Of a DNA stretch of 42,985 nt, positions 26,555 through 35,900 are shown piece after piece. Where the stretch lies: contig DATFOL010000164.1 in NCBI GenBank assembly GCA_035265545.1, positions 1-42,985 on the forward strand, in the 5' to 3' direction. The notes under the pieces are model-generated. The model was not told where the DNA came from. It made no database searches and worked only from the letters and a program-made list of their open reading frames with translations. The position numbers were made by a program, and so were the translations under genes. Within the stretch, counting starts at the first letter, position 1. Each line of letters starts with the position of its first letter. The stretch comes from Gemmatimonadaceae bacterium. Lineage in GTDB: Bacteria > Gemmatimonadota > Gemmatimonadetes > Gemmatimonadales > Gemmatimonadaceae.

Positions 26555-28352
26555 ACCATTGGCAATCGTGCCGGATGCGGCCTCGACGACCCTCGTCCGC
26601 ACGCGTGGGCGTCGCCCGGCCAGAGCGCGTCTCCTGGACGACTCGGCGCGGACGCTAGAGCGGTCCGACTCGTCCGGAACTTCTGCGGAGTGCTGGCCCG
26701 GAAGTCTGCGGAACGCGTTGCAGCTCCTGTCGACCGCACCTTACCCGGCGGTGGTCGCGTGGGGGCCCGATCACATCCAGTTTAACAACGAGGCGTACAC
26801 GCGACTCGTTGGCGCGAACGATCAGTGCGACGCGCATGAGTTCTCGACGCGCGAGGCGGTCGCGGAGCTCCGGCCCGTCATGGAACCGCGCATCGAGGAG
26901 TCGATGCGGACCGGAGCGTCAGTCGTGGTGGAGGACCACCTCATCTGCCCATTCCGGAACGGATACGCCGAGGAGACGTACCTCACATTACGGTTCGATC
27001 CAATCCCGGACGACGCGGCCGATGTCGGCGGTGTGCTGATCACGGTGACGGACACCACCGACCGCGTGATTGGTCGGCGACGGACCGCCGCACTGCACGG
27101 TCTCGCGTCCGCAGTTGCCGGTGCGGCTTCGATCGAAGAAGCAAGTCGGCGAGCCCTCGACGAGATCGCACGACATCCGACCGACATTGCCTTCGCGCTC
27201 CTGTACGCGCCGGATACCGAGAGGGACCGGGTTCGCCTGGTGGCGACGGCCGGCCTGTCGGCGGGAGGGCAGGCGAGCCCGGAAGTGATCGAGCTGCGTT
27301 CCGAGGCTGCGGACTGGCCTATTGGCGACGTGCTCACGCGCAATGAGGTCGTCGCGCTCCTGGACCTGCCGGCCCACTTCGGCACCCTGCCCGGCGGAGA
27401 TTGGCCACTCGCGCCTCGATGCGCGCTCCTCGTGCCTCTGACGCCGTTCGGAGGCGACCAGCCCGACTTCGTTCTCGTCGTCGGAGTCAGCGCACGACGC
27501 GCGCCGGATGCCGAATATCGCCGGTTCGTCGAGCTCATCGCACAGCAGGTCGCCACGGCCGTCGCGATGGGCCGAGCGCACGAGGAGCAAGCGCGTCGCG
27601 CACGCGTGGCGACGGCCGCGGCGAAGCGCGCCCGTGCTCGCCGGCAGGCGCACGAGCGCGCGCTCGAGGCGCGGTTCGCAGGCGTGCTCGAGGAGCGCAG
27701 CCGCATGGCGCGCGAGATCCACGATACCCTGCTCCAGGGCTTCACCGGCATTACGCTCCAGCTCGAAGCGGTGATGCACGATCTGACGCGCGAGCCGCAA
27801 CGTGCGAAGATGAGCGTGGAGCGGATCCTCTCGCTGGCGGACCATACGCTCGCTGACGCACGGCAGGCCGTATGGGACATGCGGGCGCCAGCCCTGCGAG
27901 CGCAGAGTCTCACAGAGGCCATGCGAGACATCGTGCGACGCGCGGTTGATGGCGCGCCGCCAGACGTCCGCTTCCGTTTGACCGGTTCGCCGCGGCCACT
28001 CGCGCCGGCGGCGGAGATGGCACTCTTCCGTATCGCGCAGGAGGCAGTGGCCAACGCCGTCAAACACGCGGCCGCGACCTTCATCGAAGTGGAGCTCGCG
28101 TACGAGCGGTGCGCCACGCAACTCAAGGTGTGCGACGACGGGCAGGGGTTCGAAGCGGACACGCCGGCGACCGTACGTGGCGCGCACTGGGGGTTGCTCG
28201 GCATGCGCGAGCGTGCCGAGCAGATCGGCGCGTACTTTGACGTCAAGAGCGCTCCCCGCTGCGGAACCGAAGTGACCGTCACCGTGCAGTCGCACGAGCC
28301 GGCCCCGCGACGCGACCAGCGCCTGGGGCCGCCGCGCGGATCGGCCGCGTGA
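26538..28352 (+). CDS. Cytoplasmic sensor histidine kinase, PAS-like + GAF-like + HisKA_3 + HATPase_c (NarX/DesK class)
   Basis: HisKA_3 H-box ERSRMAREIHDTLLQGFTGITLQLE. ATPase motifs QEAVANAVKHA, VCDDGQGF and WGLLGMRERAEQIGA. The N-terminal 330 aa have PAS-like and GAF-like sequence. No TM segment seen. The start overlaps the upstream receiver gene by 17 nt. Confidence 0.85.
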   Translation: MPGLVEPLAIVPDAASTTLVRTRGRRPARARLLDDSARTLERSDSSGTSAECWPGSLRNALQLLSTAPYPAVVAWGPDHIQFNNEAYTRLVGANDQCDAHEFSTREAVAELRPVMEPRIEESMRTGASVVVEDHLICPFRNGYAEETYLTLRFDPIPDDAADVGGVLITVTDTTDRVIGRRRTAALHGLASAVAGAASIEEASRRALDEIARHPTDIAFALLYAPDTERDRVRLVATAGLSAGGQASPEVIELRSEAADWPIGDVLTRNEVVALLDLPAHFGTLPGGDWPLAPRCALLVPLTPFGGDQPDFVLVVGVSARRAPDAEYRRFVELIAQQVATAVAMGRAHEEQARRARVATAAAKRARARRQAHERALEARFAGVLEERSRMAREIHDTLLQGFTGITLQLEAVMHDLTREPQRAKMSVERILSLADHTLADARQAVWDMRAPALRAQSLTEAMRDIVRRAVDGAPPDVRFRLTGSPRPLAPAAEMALFRIAQEAVANAVKHAAATFIEVELAYERCATQLKVCDDGQGFEADTPATVRGAHWGLLGMRERAEQIGAYFDVKSAPRCGTEVTVTVQSHEPAPRRDQRLGPPRGSAA

Positions 28353-28365
28353 TCGGAGTTTTCCG

Positions 28366-29772
28366 ATGGCTCATCTCGCATCGCTCGAGCGCCCCCTAGC
28401 CGTACCCGAGCTGCTCTATCTGCTTCACGCCGATCCGAGCGAGCTGAGAGAATTGCTGGCGGAGCTCCGCACTGCCGACATCGCCGAGTCTCTGCGAGAT
28501 CTGCCGCCGAACGCCGCTGCGGAAATCATGGCTGCACTCTCGTTCGACCTAGCCGTGCAGGTGTTCGACGAACCAGAGCTCGACGGGCGACGATGCGCCA
28601 TTCTCCAAGCGATCGGCGAGGAGCGGGCGGGCCCGATCATCAATGCACTCTCGAGCGACGAGCGCGCCGACCTCTTCCGCGAGCTCCCACTCTCAGACCG
28701 AGCGCGATTTCTCCGTGTAGTCGACGAGCCGTCGCGCCGCTCGCTCACGCTCCTGCTCACGTATCCCCGAGACACCGCGGGCGGCATCATGACGACGGAG
28801 TTCGTCTCGGTACCCGTGACCTGGACCGTGCAGCACGCGTTGGACCATATCCGCGCAGTCGGTCGGGCAATGGAGACGGTGTACGTCATATATCTACTGG
28901 ACTCCGAACGCGACACGCTCGTCCAGACGGTATCTCTCCGCGACCTGGTCGTCGCCGACCCGCTCGCATCCGTGGCCGACGTCGGCAACCGACGAAAGCC
29001 GCTCGCCGTGCCGCCGCACACGGACCGCGAGGAGGTCGCGCGAATCATCTCGAGATACGATCTGCTGGCCTTGCCGGTGCTGGACGAAACCGGTCACGTG
29101 CTCGGCATCGTCACGGTGGACGACGTCATCGACGCCATCGTTCGCGAACAAACGGAAGACGTGCACCGGTTCGGGGGCGTGGAGGCGTTGGACGAGCCGT
29201 ACACGGAGATCGCCTTCACCCGCATGATCAGGAAGCGGGCCGGCTGGCTGTGCGCGCTCTTTCTCGGAGAGATGCTCACCGCCACCGCCATGGGCCGCTT
29301 CGAGGGCGAGATCGCGAAGGCCGTGGTGCTCTCGATGTTCATCCCGCTCATCATCAGCTCTGGTGGCAACTCCGGTTCCCAGGCCACGTCGCTGATCATC
29401 CGCGCGCTCGCGCTGCGCGAGCTGCGACTCGGCGATTGGTGGCGCGTGTTCCGTCGCGAGCTGCCATCGGGCTTGACGTTGGGCCTCATTCTCGGTCTGG
29501 TGGGGATCGCGCGCATCGTGATCTGGCAGCAGGTCGGGTGGTACGACTACGGGCCGCATTCACTCCTCGTCGCGGCGACCGTCGGGATGGCGCTCGTCGG
29601 CGTAGTGACGTTCGGCTCGCTCGCCGGATCCATGCTTCCCTTCCTCCTCCAACGGCTGGGCTTCGACCCCGCGAGCGCGTCGGCGCCATTCATCGCGACG
29701 CTCGTGGACGTGACGGGCCTCGTCATCTACTTCAGCGTCGCCGCCGTGGTGCTCCGGGGCACGTTGCTCTGA
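28366..29772 (+). CDS. mgtE: Magnesium transporter MgtE
   Basis: MgtE N-domain (LRTADIAESLRDLPPNAAAEIMAAL). CBS pair (TAGGIMTTEFVSV... and ...ISRYDLLALPVLDETGHVLGIVTVDDVIDAI). TM domain (R..WL..L......T.........FIPLIISSGGNSGSQA...PFIATLVDVTGLVIYF). The ATG lies 13 nt after the kinase stop, with a GGAG in the spacer. Confidence 0.92.
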   Translation: MAHLASLERPLAVPELLYLLHADPSELRELLAELRTADIAESLRDLPPNAAAEIMAALSFDLAVQVFDEPELDGRRCAILQAIGEERAGPIINALSSDERADLFRELPLSDRARFLRVVDEPSRRSLTLLLTYPRDTAGGIMTTEFVSVPVTWTVQHALDHIRAVGRAMETVYVIYLLDSERDTLVQTVSLRDLVVADPLASVADVGNRRKPLAVPPHTDREEVARIISRYDLLALPVLDETGHVLGIVTVDDVIDAIVREQTEDVHRFGGVEALDEPYTEIAFTRMIRKRAGWLCALFLGEMLTATAMGRFEGEIAKAVVLSMFIPLIISSGGNSGSQATSLIIRALALRELRLGDWWRVFRRELPSGLTLGLILGLVGIARIVIWQQVGWYDYGPHSLLVAATVGMALVGVVTFGSLAGSMLPFLLQRLGFDPASASAPFIATLVDVTGLVIYFSVAAVVLRGTLL

Positions 29773-30014
29773 AGGGCACTCGACTCCGTCGTAGCCGATG
29801 CAGTGCGCCGCAACGGGCGTAGCCTCCCCCGTTCGGGGGACTGCCAGCTCACCCAGCAGGAGGAGCCGAGAACCACACGTCTGAGGGACGCCGTACTGAC
29901 TCGCCTCAGTCATGTGCGTTCGAAACGACAGCGCTACACTCGCCAGTAGTCGACGGCACGACGCAGTGCCATGTCACCGATCTACAGCAGCGACTCTGGC
30001 GCGAGGTAGTGGTC

Positions 30015-31007
30015 ATGCAGCTTCGCCTTCTGGACTCCCGCTCCGCGACGTATCGCGAGCGCGATCTTTCCGACACGCCGGTTCTGCGCGCGGTTGACTC
30101 AGCCTCGGCAGTCACCGCTCCGTCCGTACGCTTCTGGCGGCCACTCCCGCAGAATGCACTCGACTTGATCTGCGGCGAGGGCCTGGTCCTCGGGACGCCT
30201 CTGCAAGCGCACGAATGGATGCAGGTCCTCCTTCCCGTGACCCGCATGGAGGTTGTCGACGGCGCCGGTCGAGCGACGATCCTCGGGCCGACCAGCGTCC
30301 ATCTGACGACCCACCACGACCTCCATGCAATTCGGCGCCTCGGCGCCACACCCATTCACCTGCGCATGCTCCTCGTTGCAGCGGACGGCTTGCCGAAGAT
30401 CCGGGGAGCGGCCCAGACGTCATTCTCGGAGGGATCTCTCCGCTGGACCCAGCGTGTGGTCGACGACCCCGAGATGCATCGCGAGCTGAGCGCGCTGTTC
30501 GACGAGCTCCGGCGACCTGTCGTTGCGCTCGATCGCGCGACGCAGCTCACCAACTGTCTCGGTCGAGTGCTCGCACGCCCCGAGGGCCGAGTGTCAAGCG
30601 GTCGTCCGGACGTAGTGAGCGCGACGTGCGGCGCGGAGCGGGCGCGCGACTATCTCCGAGAGCACGTCCCCGACGCCCTCAGCCTCGACGAGCTCGCGAC
30701 GATCGCGGGATTGAGCAAGTTCTACTTGCTGCGCGCGTTCCGACGGGCATACGGCCTCACGCCCCACGCGTACCAGATGCAGCTCCGCCTCGCCCGCGCT
30801 CGCAGGCTCATCGCGGATGGCCGCGCACTGTCGTACGTGACGTACGAATCGGGCTTCGCCGACCAGAGCCACCTCACGCGGCGCTTCGCCACGTTCTACG
30901 GTCTCACGCCCGCGCGGTTCGCCCGACAGCTGAAGATGCCGCTCGAGAACGCGGCGCGAGGTGCGGCGGTCACCAACCCGGCGCTCACTCCATCCACGGC
31001 CGCGTGA
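30015..31007 (+). CDS. AraC-family transcriptional regulator
   Basis: C-terminal double HTH: LSLDELATIAGLSKFYLLRAFRRAYGLTPHAYQMQLRLARARRLIADGRALSYVTYESGFADQSHLTRRFATFYGLTPARF. ATG at 30015 with GAGG 7 nt upstream (GTG at 30009 is also in frame). Confidence 0.85.
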   Translation: MQLRLLDSRSATYRERDLSDTPVLRAVDSASAVTAPSVRFWRPLPQNALDLICGEGLVLGTPLQAHEWMQVLLPVTRMEVVDGAGRATILGPTSVHLTTHHDLHAIRRLGATPIHLRMLLVAADGLPKIRGAAQTSFSEGSLRWTQRVVDDPEMHRELSALFDELRRPVVALDRATQLTNCLGRVLARPEGRVSSGRPDVVSATCGAERARDYLREHVPDALSLDELATIAGLSKFYLLRAFRRAYGLTPHAYQMQLRLARARRLIADGRALSYVTYESGFADQSHLTRRFATFYGLTPARFARQLKMPLENAARGAAVTNPALTPSTAA

Positions 31008-31015
31008 GAGTTGCC

Positions 31016-31369
31016 ATGCCTGCCATGTCCAAACATCGCACGTATCGTCGCCAGGACGACGACGAAGCCCGCCCTGTCAGCGTCGAGGAGACCGCGGAGC
31101 TGCGCACGCTCTCTGGACGCGCAGTGCGGCTCTGCGAGATCCTGCGTTCTGGCTGCGTCGAAGACGAACTGGAAAACACGGTCGCCGCGTATGTCGACGC
31201 GACCGCCGCGCGCGGGATCTCGCTGCAGCGCACGCGCGACGTGCTCGAGCTGCTCGTCCACGATTGCGCGCCACGGCATCGATCGACCCACGATGTGCTC
31301 GACACGGTTCTGCGAATTGCATCGGAGTCGTACGCCGCTTCGATGCCCCGTCCTCGGAGGGCGTCATGA
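31016..31369 (+). CDS. Hypothetical protein (117 aa, predicted helical, acidic core)
   Basis: The ORF starts 8 nt after the araC-family stop. Its TGA overlaps the next ATG (ATGA at 31366-31369). No family recognised. The coding call rests mainly on this tight operon packing. Confidence 0.5.
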   Translation: MPAMSKHRTYRRQDDDEARPVSVEETAELRTLSGRAVRLCEILRSGCVEDELENTVAAYVDATAARGISLQRTRDVLELLVHDCAPRHRSTHDVLDTVLRIASESYAASMPRPRRAS

Positions 31370-32013
31370 CGACACTCAATCAGATCGCGCTCACCTGCCC
31401 CATCTGTTCGGCGACGTTCGACACCACGGCCGTCGTGTCGACGAACCTGCTGGGAACTCGTACCGACTTTCACGAGTGGGCCGAGGGCACACAGCCACTC
31501 GCGTTTCTGGTGCATACGTGCTCGACATGCGGGTACTCGGGCTGCGAGCGGGATTTCGCCGATGACTTCGTGCCCGAGCCGGCCGTGAAGGCGCACGTCT
31601 GGGACGAGCTCGCGCCAAGGCTCGCGAGCGAACGACTCACGGGGTCCGACAAGTTCGAGTTCGCGGCGAAGATCGCCCGGTGGCAGTCCGCGGACTCGCG
31701 GCACGTTGCCAATCTGTTCCTGCGGGCCGCCTGGTGCTGCGTGGACGAGGCGGACGTCGAGGCAGAGCGCTACTTCCGCCGGCACGCGGCGTGGAGCTTC
31801 GAGCAAGCGCTCGCGTCGAACGAGGTGGAGCCGGACGAGCGGGCGTTGCTCACCTACCTCGTCGGAGAGCTCTGGCGGCGGATCGGAGACACCGCGCGCG
31901 CGCGTGAGTGGTTCGACCGCGTGGCGTCCCAGGTCACCCATCCCAAGGACCAGAAGTGGGTGCTTCGGGCGGCGCGGCAGCAGCGAGACACTCCGCGCGA
32001 GTGGTTCTGGTGA
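31366..32013 (+). CDS. DUF2225-like protein: N-terminal four-Cys zinc ribbon plus helical (TPR-like) C-terminal domain
   Basis: CPICSATF...(38 aa)...CSTCGYSG gives a CxxC...CxxC arrangement with a GGAGG SD. The length and layout match my recollection of the DUF2225 family (CPVC..F....VCP.CGY then a helical repeat domain). Confidence 0.6.
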   Translation: MTTLNQIALTCPICSATFDTTAVVSTNLLGTRTDFHEWAEGTQPLAFLVHTCSTCGYSGCERDFADDFVPEPAVKAHVWDELAPRLASERLTGSDKFEFAAKIARWQSADSRHVANLFLRAAWCCVDEADVEAERYFRRHAAWSFEQALASNEVEPDERALLTYLVGELWRRIGDTARAREWFDRVASQVTHPKDQKWVLRAARQQRDTPREWFW

Positions 32014-32042
32014 ACCCCGCCAAGACTGGACGCGATAGAGAC

Positions 32043-32429
32043 ATGCCAATCACCTTCGAGATCGACCCGAATCGCCGCGTCCTCTACACACTGGTGTCCG
32101 GCGTCGTGACCTACGAGGAGCTCGTGCGGCACCTCGAGGAAGAGGAACGCGCGAACGGCCTCGGGCTCCCCGAGGTCATCGACGGACGGGGCGCGACGAC
32201 CGACCTGACGACTCGTCAGGTGGAGTCGCTCGTGAGGATAACCGACACGCTGGCGCGAAAGGGGCGACTGGGGGCGCTCGCCATCGTGACGGACGACGAT
32301 CTGGCGTTCGGGATGGCCCGCATGTATCAGCTGCTAGCGGACGGGCTGCCGGTTCGAATCGGCGTGTTCCGTGAGCTCAGGGACGCGACCGCGTGGCTCA
32401 AGGCCGCACCACCCGCGACGCCGCACTGA
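32043..32429 (+). CDS. Hypothetical protein, possibly STAS/SpoIIAA-like fold (128 aa)
   Basis: MPITFEIDPNRRVLYTLVSGVVTYEELVRHLEEE...PEVIDGRGATTDLTTRQVESLV...GALAIVTDDDLAFGMARMYQLL...VFRELRDATAWL. It resembles a recurrent uncharacterised family I have seen in high-GC soil bacteria. The fold assignment is a guess. Confidence 0.5.
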   Translation: MPITFEIDPNRRVLYTLVSGVVTYEELVRHLEEEERANGLGLPEVIDGRGATTDLTTRQVESLVRITDTLARKGRLGALAIVTDDDLAFGMARMYQLLADGLPVRIGVFRELRDATAWLKAAPPATPH

Positions 32430-32791
32430 GCACGTGCGCGAAACCAGGTCGGCCACGTCAGCGCCGACAGCGTTCGGACATCGCCGCCGCGCACGCCGTG
32501 CAGGGGAAACCGCGGCACGAAGACGTTGTTCCCGTCATCGTGCAGTCGGTGCGCGAGCTCCTCGAACTGACCTGGGGAGTCCGTGAGCCCATGCAGCAGG
32601 ACGATCGCACGCGGCGTCGCTGCGTCGTGGGTCAGCAGGATGGTGCGCGCTCCCGCGGCCGCGATGCTGTCGTCCACCGCCTGGCGGCGAGCGATCATCG
32701 CCACCGCGCGTTCATACGACGAGGGCTGCGCGGAGGCAACGCCAGCGATTCCGAGTGCCAGCACGACCGTGAGCCGGGTGAGATGCCTCAT
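32327..32791 (-). pseudogene. 3'-truncated alpha/beta-hydrolase remnant (signal peptide + first ~112 aa only)
   Basis: Signal peptide MRHLTRLTVVLALGIAGVASAQ, then RAIVLLHGLTDSPGQFEELAHRLHDDGNNVFVPRFPLHG (HG oxyanion region). No GxSxG nucleophile elbow follows. From about 32456 downward the ORF is simply the antisense of the 32043..32429 gene. Confidence 0.55.
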
Positions 32792-32993
32792 ATCGAATCC
32801 TGATCCATGCTATCGGGGCTCCGGCCTGGATGCTTGAACCTGGTTGCCAGCGCCACACCACTACCTTCGTACTACCCGCAGCCGCCTTGACGACGGCCAC
32901 TCGCACCAGAATGCTTGGGGCGGTGGCGCCAGCGCCGCTCCCGTCGAATGCCGATCCTCTCTCTCTCCGCGCCCGACCCCGCAGGTGCGTGGC

Positions 32994-35900
32994 ATGAGCA
33001 CGACGACGATGCACCGGCAACTCGGCATCACGCCCCGCGTGGCGGCGGAGACCGTCGCCACCGCCGCCGCGGTGGCGCTGCTGACGTGGGGAATCGTGCG
33101 GCTGCACGTCCGCACCGAACCCGCCGCGGTGCTGTACCTCTGCCTCGTGGTGCTCGTGTCGCTGCGCGGGAACCTCGTGCCTGCGCTCCTCGCCGCGATC
33201 GGCGGCACCGTGGTCTGGGATCACTTCTTCACGTCATCGTCGGTCGGCCTGATCCAACGGGAGACCCGCGACGTCGTCGCGCTCGTGGCCCTGTGCGTGA
33301 CCGCGATCGTGATCACCCGCCTCGTGACGGCGCTCCGCACGAGCGAGGCGCACTGGCGGAACGCCTTCGAAAACAATCCGACCATGTACTTCATGGTCGA
33401 CCCCGCCGGGACCGTTCTTTCCGTCAACCCGTTCGGCGCCGAGCAGCTCGGATACGCCGTCGACGAGTTGGTGGGGCAGCCCGTGCTGTCCGTCGTTCTC
33501 GAGGAGGACAAGGCCGCCGCCCAGGCTCAGGTCGCGCGCTGTCTGTCGCAGATCGGCCAGTCGCTGAGCTGGGAGCTCCGAAAGGTCCGCAGGGACGGCA
33601 CGATGCTCTGGGTCCGCGAGACGGCGCGGGCGGTGCAGCGCGGGCGTGAGCGTCCCGTGGTGCTGATCGCGTGCGAGGACGTGACGGAGCGGAAGCTCGC
33701 GCAGGAGCTACTCCGCGACAATGAGGCGCGGCTTCGCCGCCAGGCGAGCCTGCTCGATCTGACGCACGATGCCATCTTCGTCCGCGATTTGAGCTCGGTC
33801 ATCGTCTACTGGAATCGCGGCGCCGAGGAGATGTACGGCTGGAGCCGAGAAGAGGCGATGGGACAGGTCACCCACGACCTCCTGCGGACGGAGTTCCTCG
33901 AGCCGCTTGATCGGATCGTCGCCACCGTGCTGCGGACTGGCCGCTGGGATGGCGAGCTCAGTCACACGAAGCGCGACGGTACCCGCGTGGTGGTGGCGAG
34001 CCGGTGGTCGGTCCAGCGCGACGAGGCGGGGGATCCGACCGGCTTCTTGGAGATCAACAACGACGTCTCGGTGCGCAAGCGCGCCGAGGAGGAGCTGCGA
34101 CGGAGCGAGGCCTTCCTCACTGAAGCGCAGCGGCTGAGTCGCACCGGCAGCTTCGGTTGGAACGTGTCCACGGGAGCGCTCTACTGGTCGGCCGAGACGT
34201 ACCGAATCTTCGGCGTCGAGCCCGGCACTCCGCCGAGTATCGATCTCGTGCTGCGGCGCGTGCATCCGGAGGACAGGACCGACGTCCAACGGACCATCGA
34301 GCAGGCCCAGCGCGAGGGACGGGACTTCGAGCACCGATACCGCTTGCTGATGCCTGACGACTCGGTCAGACACCTGCACGTCGTCGCGCGCGGGGTGAGG
34401 GATGACACCGACCGCCTCGAGTTCGTTGGCGCGGTCATGGACATCACCGAGCGTGAACGCGCCGCAGAAGCGCTCCGCCGTAGTGAATCGTATCTGGCGG
34501 AGGCGCAGCGGCTGACGCATACCGGCACCTTCGCCATCGATCCCGACACGCTGCAGCACACCTTCACGTCGGAAGAGATGTTGCGAATCTGCGGACTCGA
34601 TCCGGCAGCCGGGATCCCATCGCAGGCCGTACTCATGGAGCTCGTCCATCCGGACGACCGCGACCGCCTCTTCCCCTCCATGCGCCAGGCATTTCGCGCC
34701 GGGGAGCGCTTCGAGACCGAGTACCGCCTGCAGCTGCACGACGGCACGCTGAAGCACCTGAATCTCATCGCGCATCCCGTGTTCGCCGCCGCCGGCGCGC
34801 TCGTCGAGCACGTCGGCACGGTGGTCGACGTGACGGAGCGCAAGCGCGCGGAGGAAGAGCGCCAGGCGAATCTCTGGTTCCTCGAGAGCCTGGAGCGCGT
34901 CAACCGGGCCATCCAGGGCGCGAACGACGTCGAGCACCTGATGCGCGACGCCCTCGATGTCACGCGCTCCATCTTCGATTGCGACCGGCTCGCGCTGCTC
35001 CATCCGTGCGATCCCGACGCTCCGTCGTATCGGATCTCGATGGCGGGTACCAGGCCGGAGTGGCCGATCGAGCACGCGGATGACCTGGCGGACATCCCGC
35101 TCGGCGACGAGTACCGTCACGTCTTCAAGGCGGCGCGGGCGTCCGCGTCCCCGATTCACCTCGACGCGCACACCGATCCACCGCTGCCCGAGCGAGCGAG
35201 CGAGAGCGGTACGCGCTCGGCGCTCGTGATCGCGCTCCAGCCCAAAGTGGACGCGCCCTATCTGCTCGAGCTGTCGCAGTGCTCCCGCGCCCGGGTCTGG
35301 TCGGAGCGCGAGGAGCGACTGCTCCAGGAGGTCGGCCGCCGCATCGCCGACGCCCTGGCAACGCAGCTCGTCCTGCGCGACATCCGGGAAAGCGCCCGTC
35401 GCTATCGCAACATCTTCCAGATGGCCGACGTGTCGATCTGGGAGCAGGACTTCTCGCAGGTCAAGGCGGCGATCGACGAGCTGAAGGCGCAAGGCATTCG
35501 GGACTTCCGCCGATACTTCGGCGAGCACCCGGAGTTCGTCGCGCGCGCCGTGCAGCTGGTGCAGGTGATCGACGTCAACGACGCGACTCTCCGACTGTAC
35601 GGAGCGCAGAGCAAGGAAGAGCTGCTCGTCTCTCTGGACAAGGTGTTCACGCCGGAGACGCTGGACGTCTTCGTCGGCGAATTGATCGCCGTTGCCGAGG
35701 GGCGCACCTCGTTCGCCGCCGAGACCGTGGAGCGGACGTTGGGCGGGGAGCGGCTCGACATCGCGTTCACGATCGCGTTCCCACCCGAGCCGACGCACCT
35801 CGAGAGCGTGCTGGTGAGCATCATGGACATCACGGCGCGCAAGCGTGCCGAGGAGGCGTTGCAGCGGGCACAGTCGGAGCTGACACGCGCGAGCACGCTC

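Noticed and set aside
26822-28381. 519-aa and 435-aa minus-strand ORFs antisense to the PAS-GAF-HisKA_3 kinase
   Set aside because: Same reasoning: Ser/Arg/Ala-rich translations with no recognisable domain, fully shadowed by a well-supported plus-strand gene.
29825-29840. Hairpin TCCCCC-GTTC-GGGGGA about 50 nt downstream of mgtE as an intrinsic terminator
   Set aside because: The stem is only 6 bp and no U-tract follows. It is plausible but not supportable as a called feature.
32955-32968. Short (CT)n run in the leader of the multi-PAS kinase as a phase-variation tract
   Set aside because: It has only about five repeat units and lies outside the likely coding start. It is too short to argue for slipped-strand regulation.
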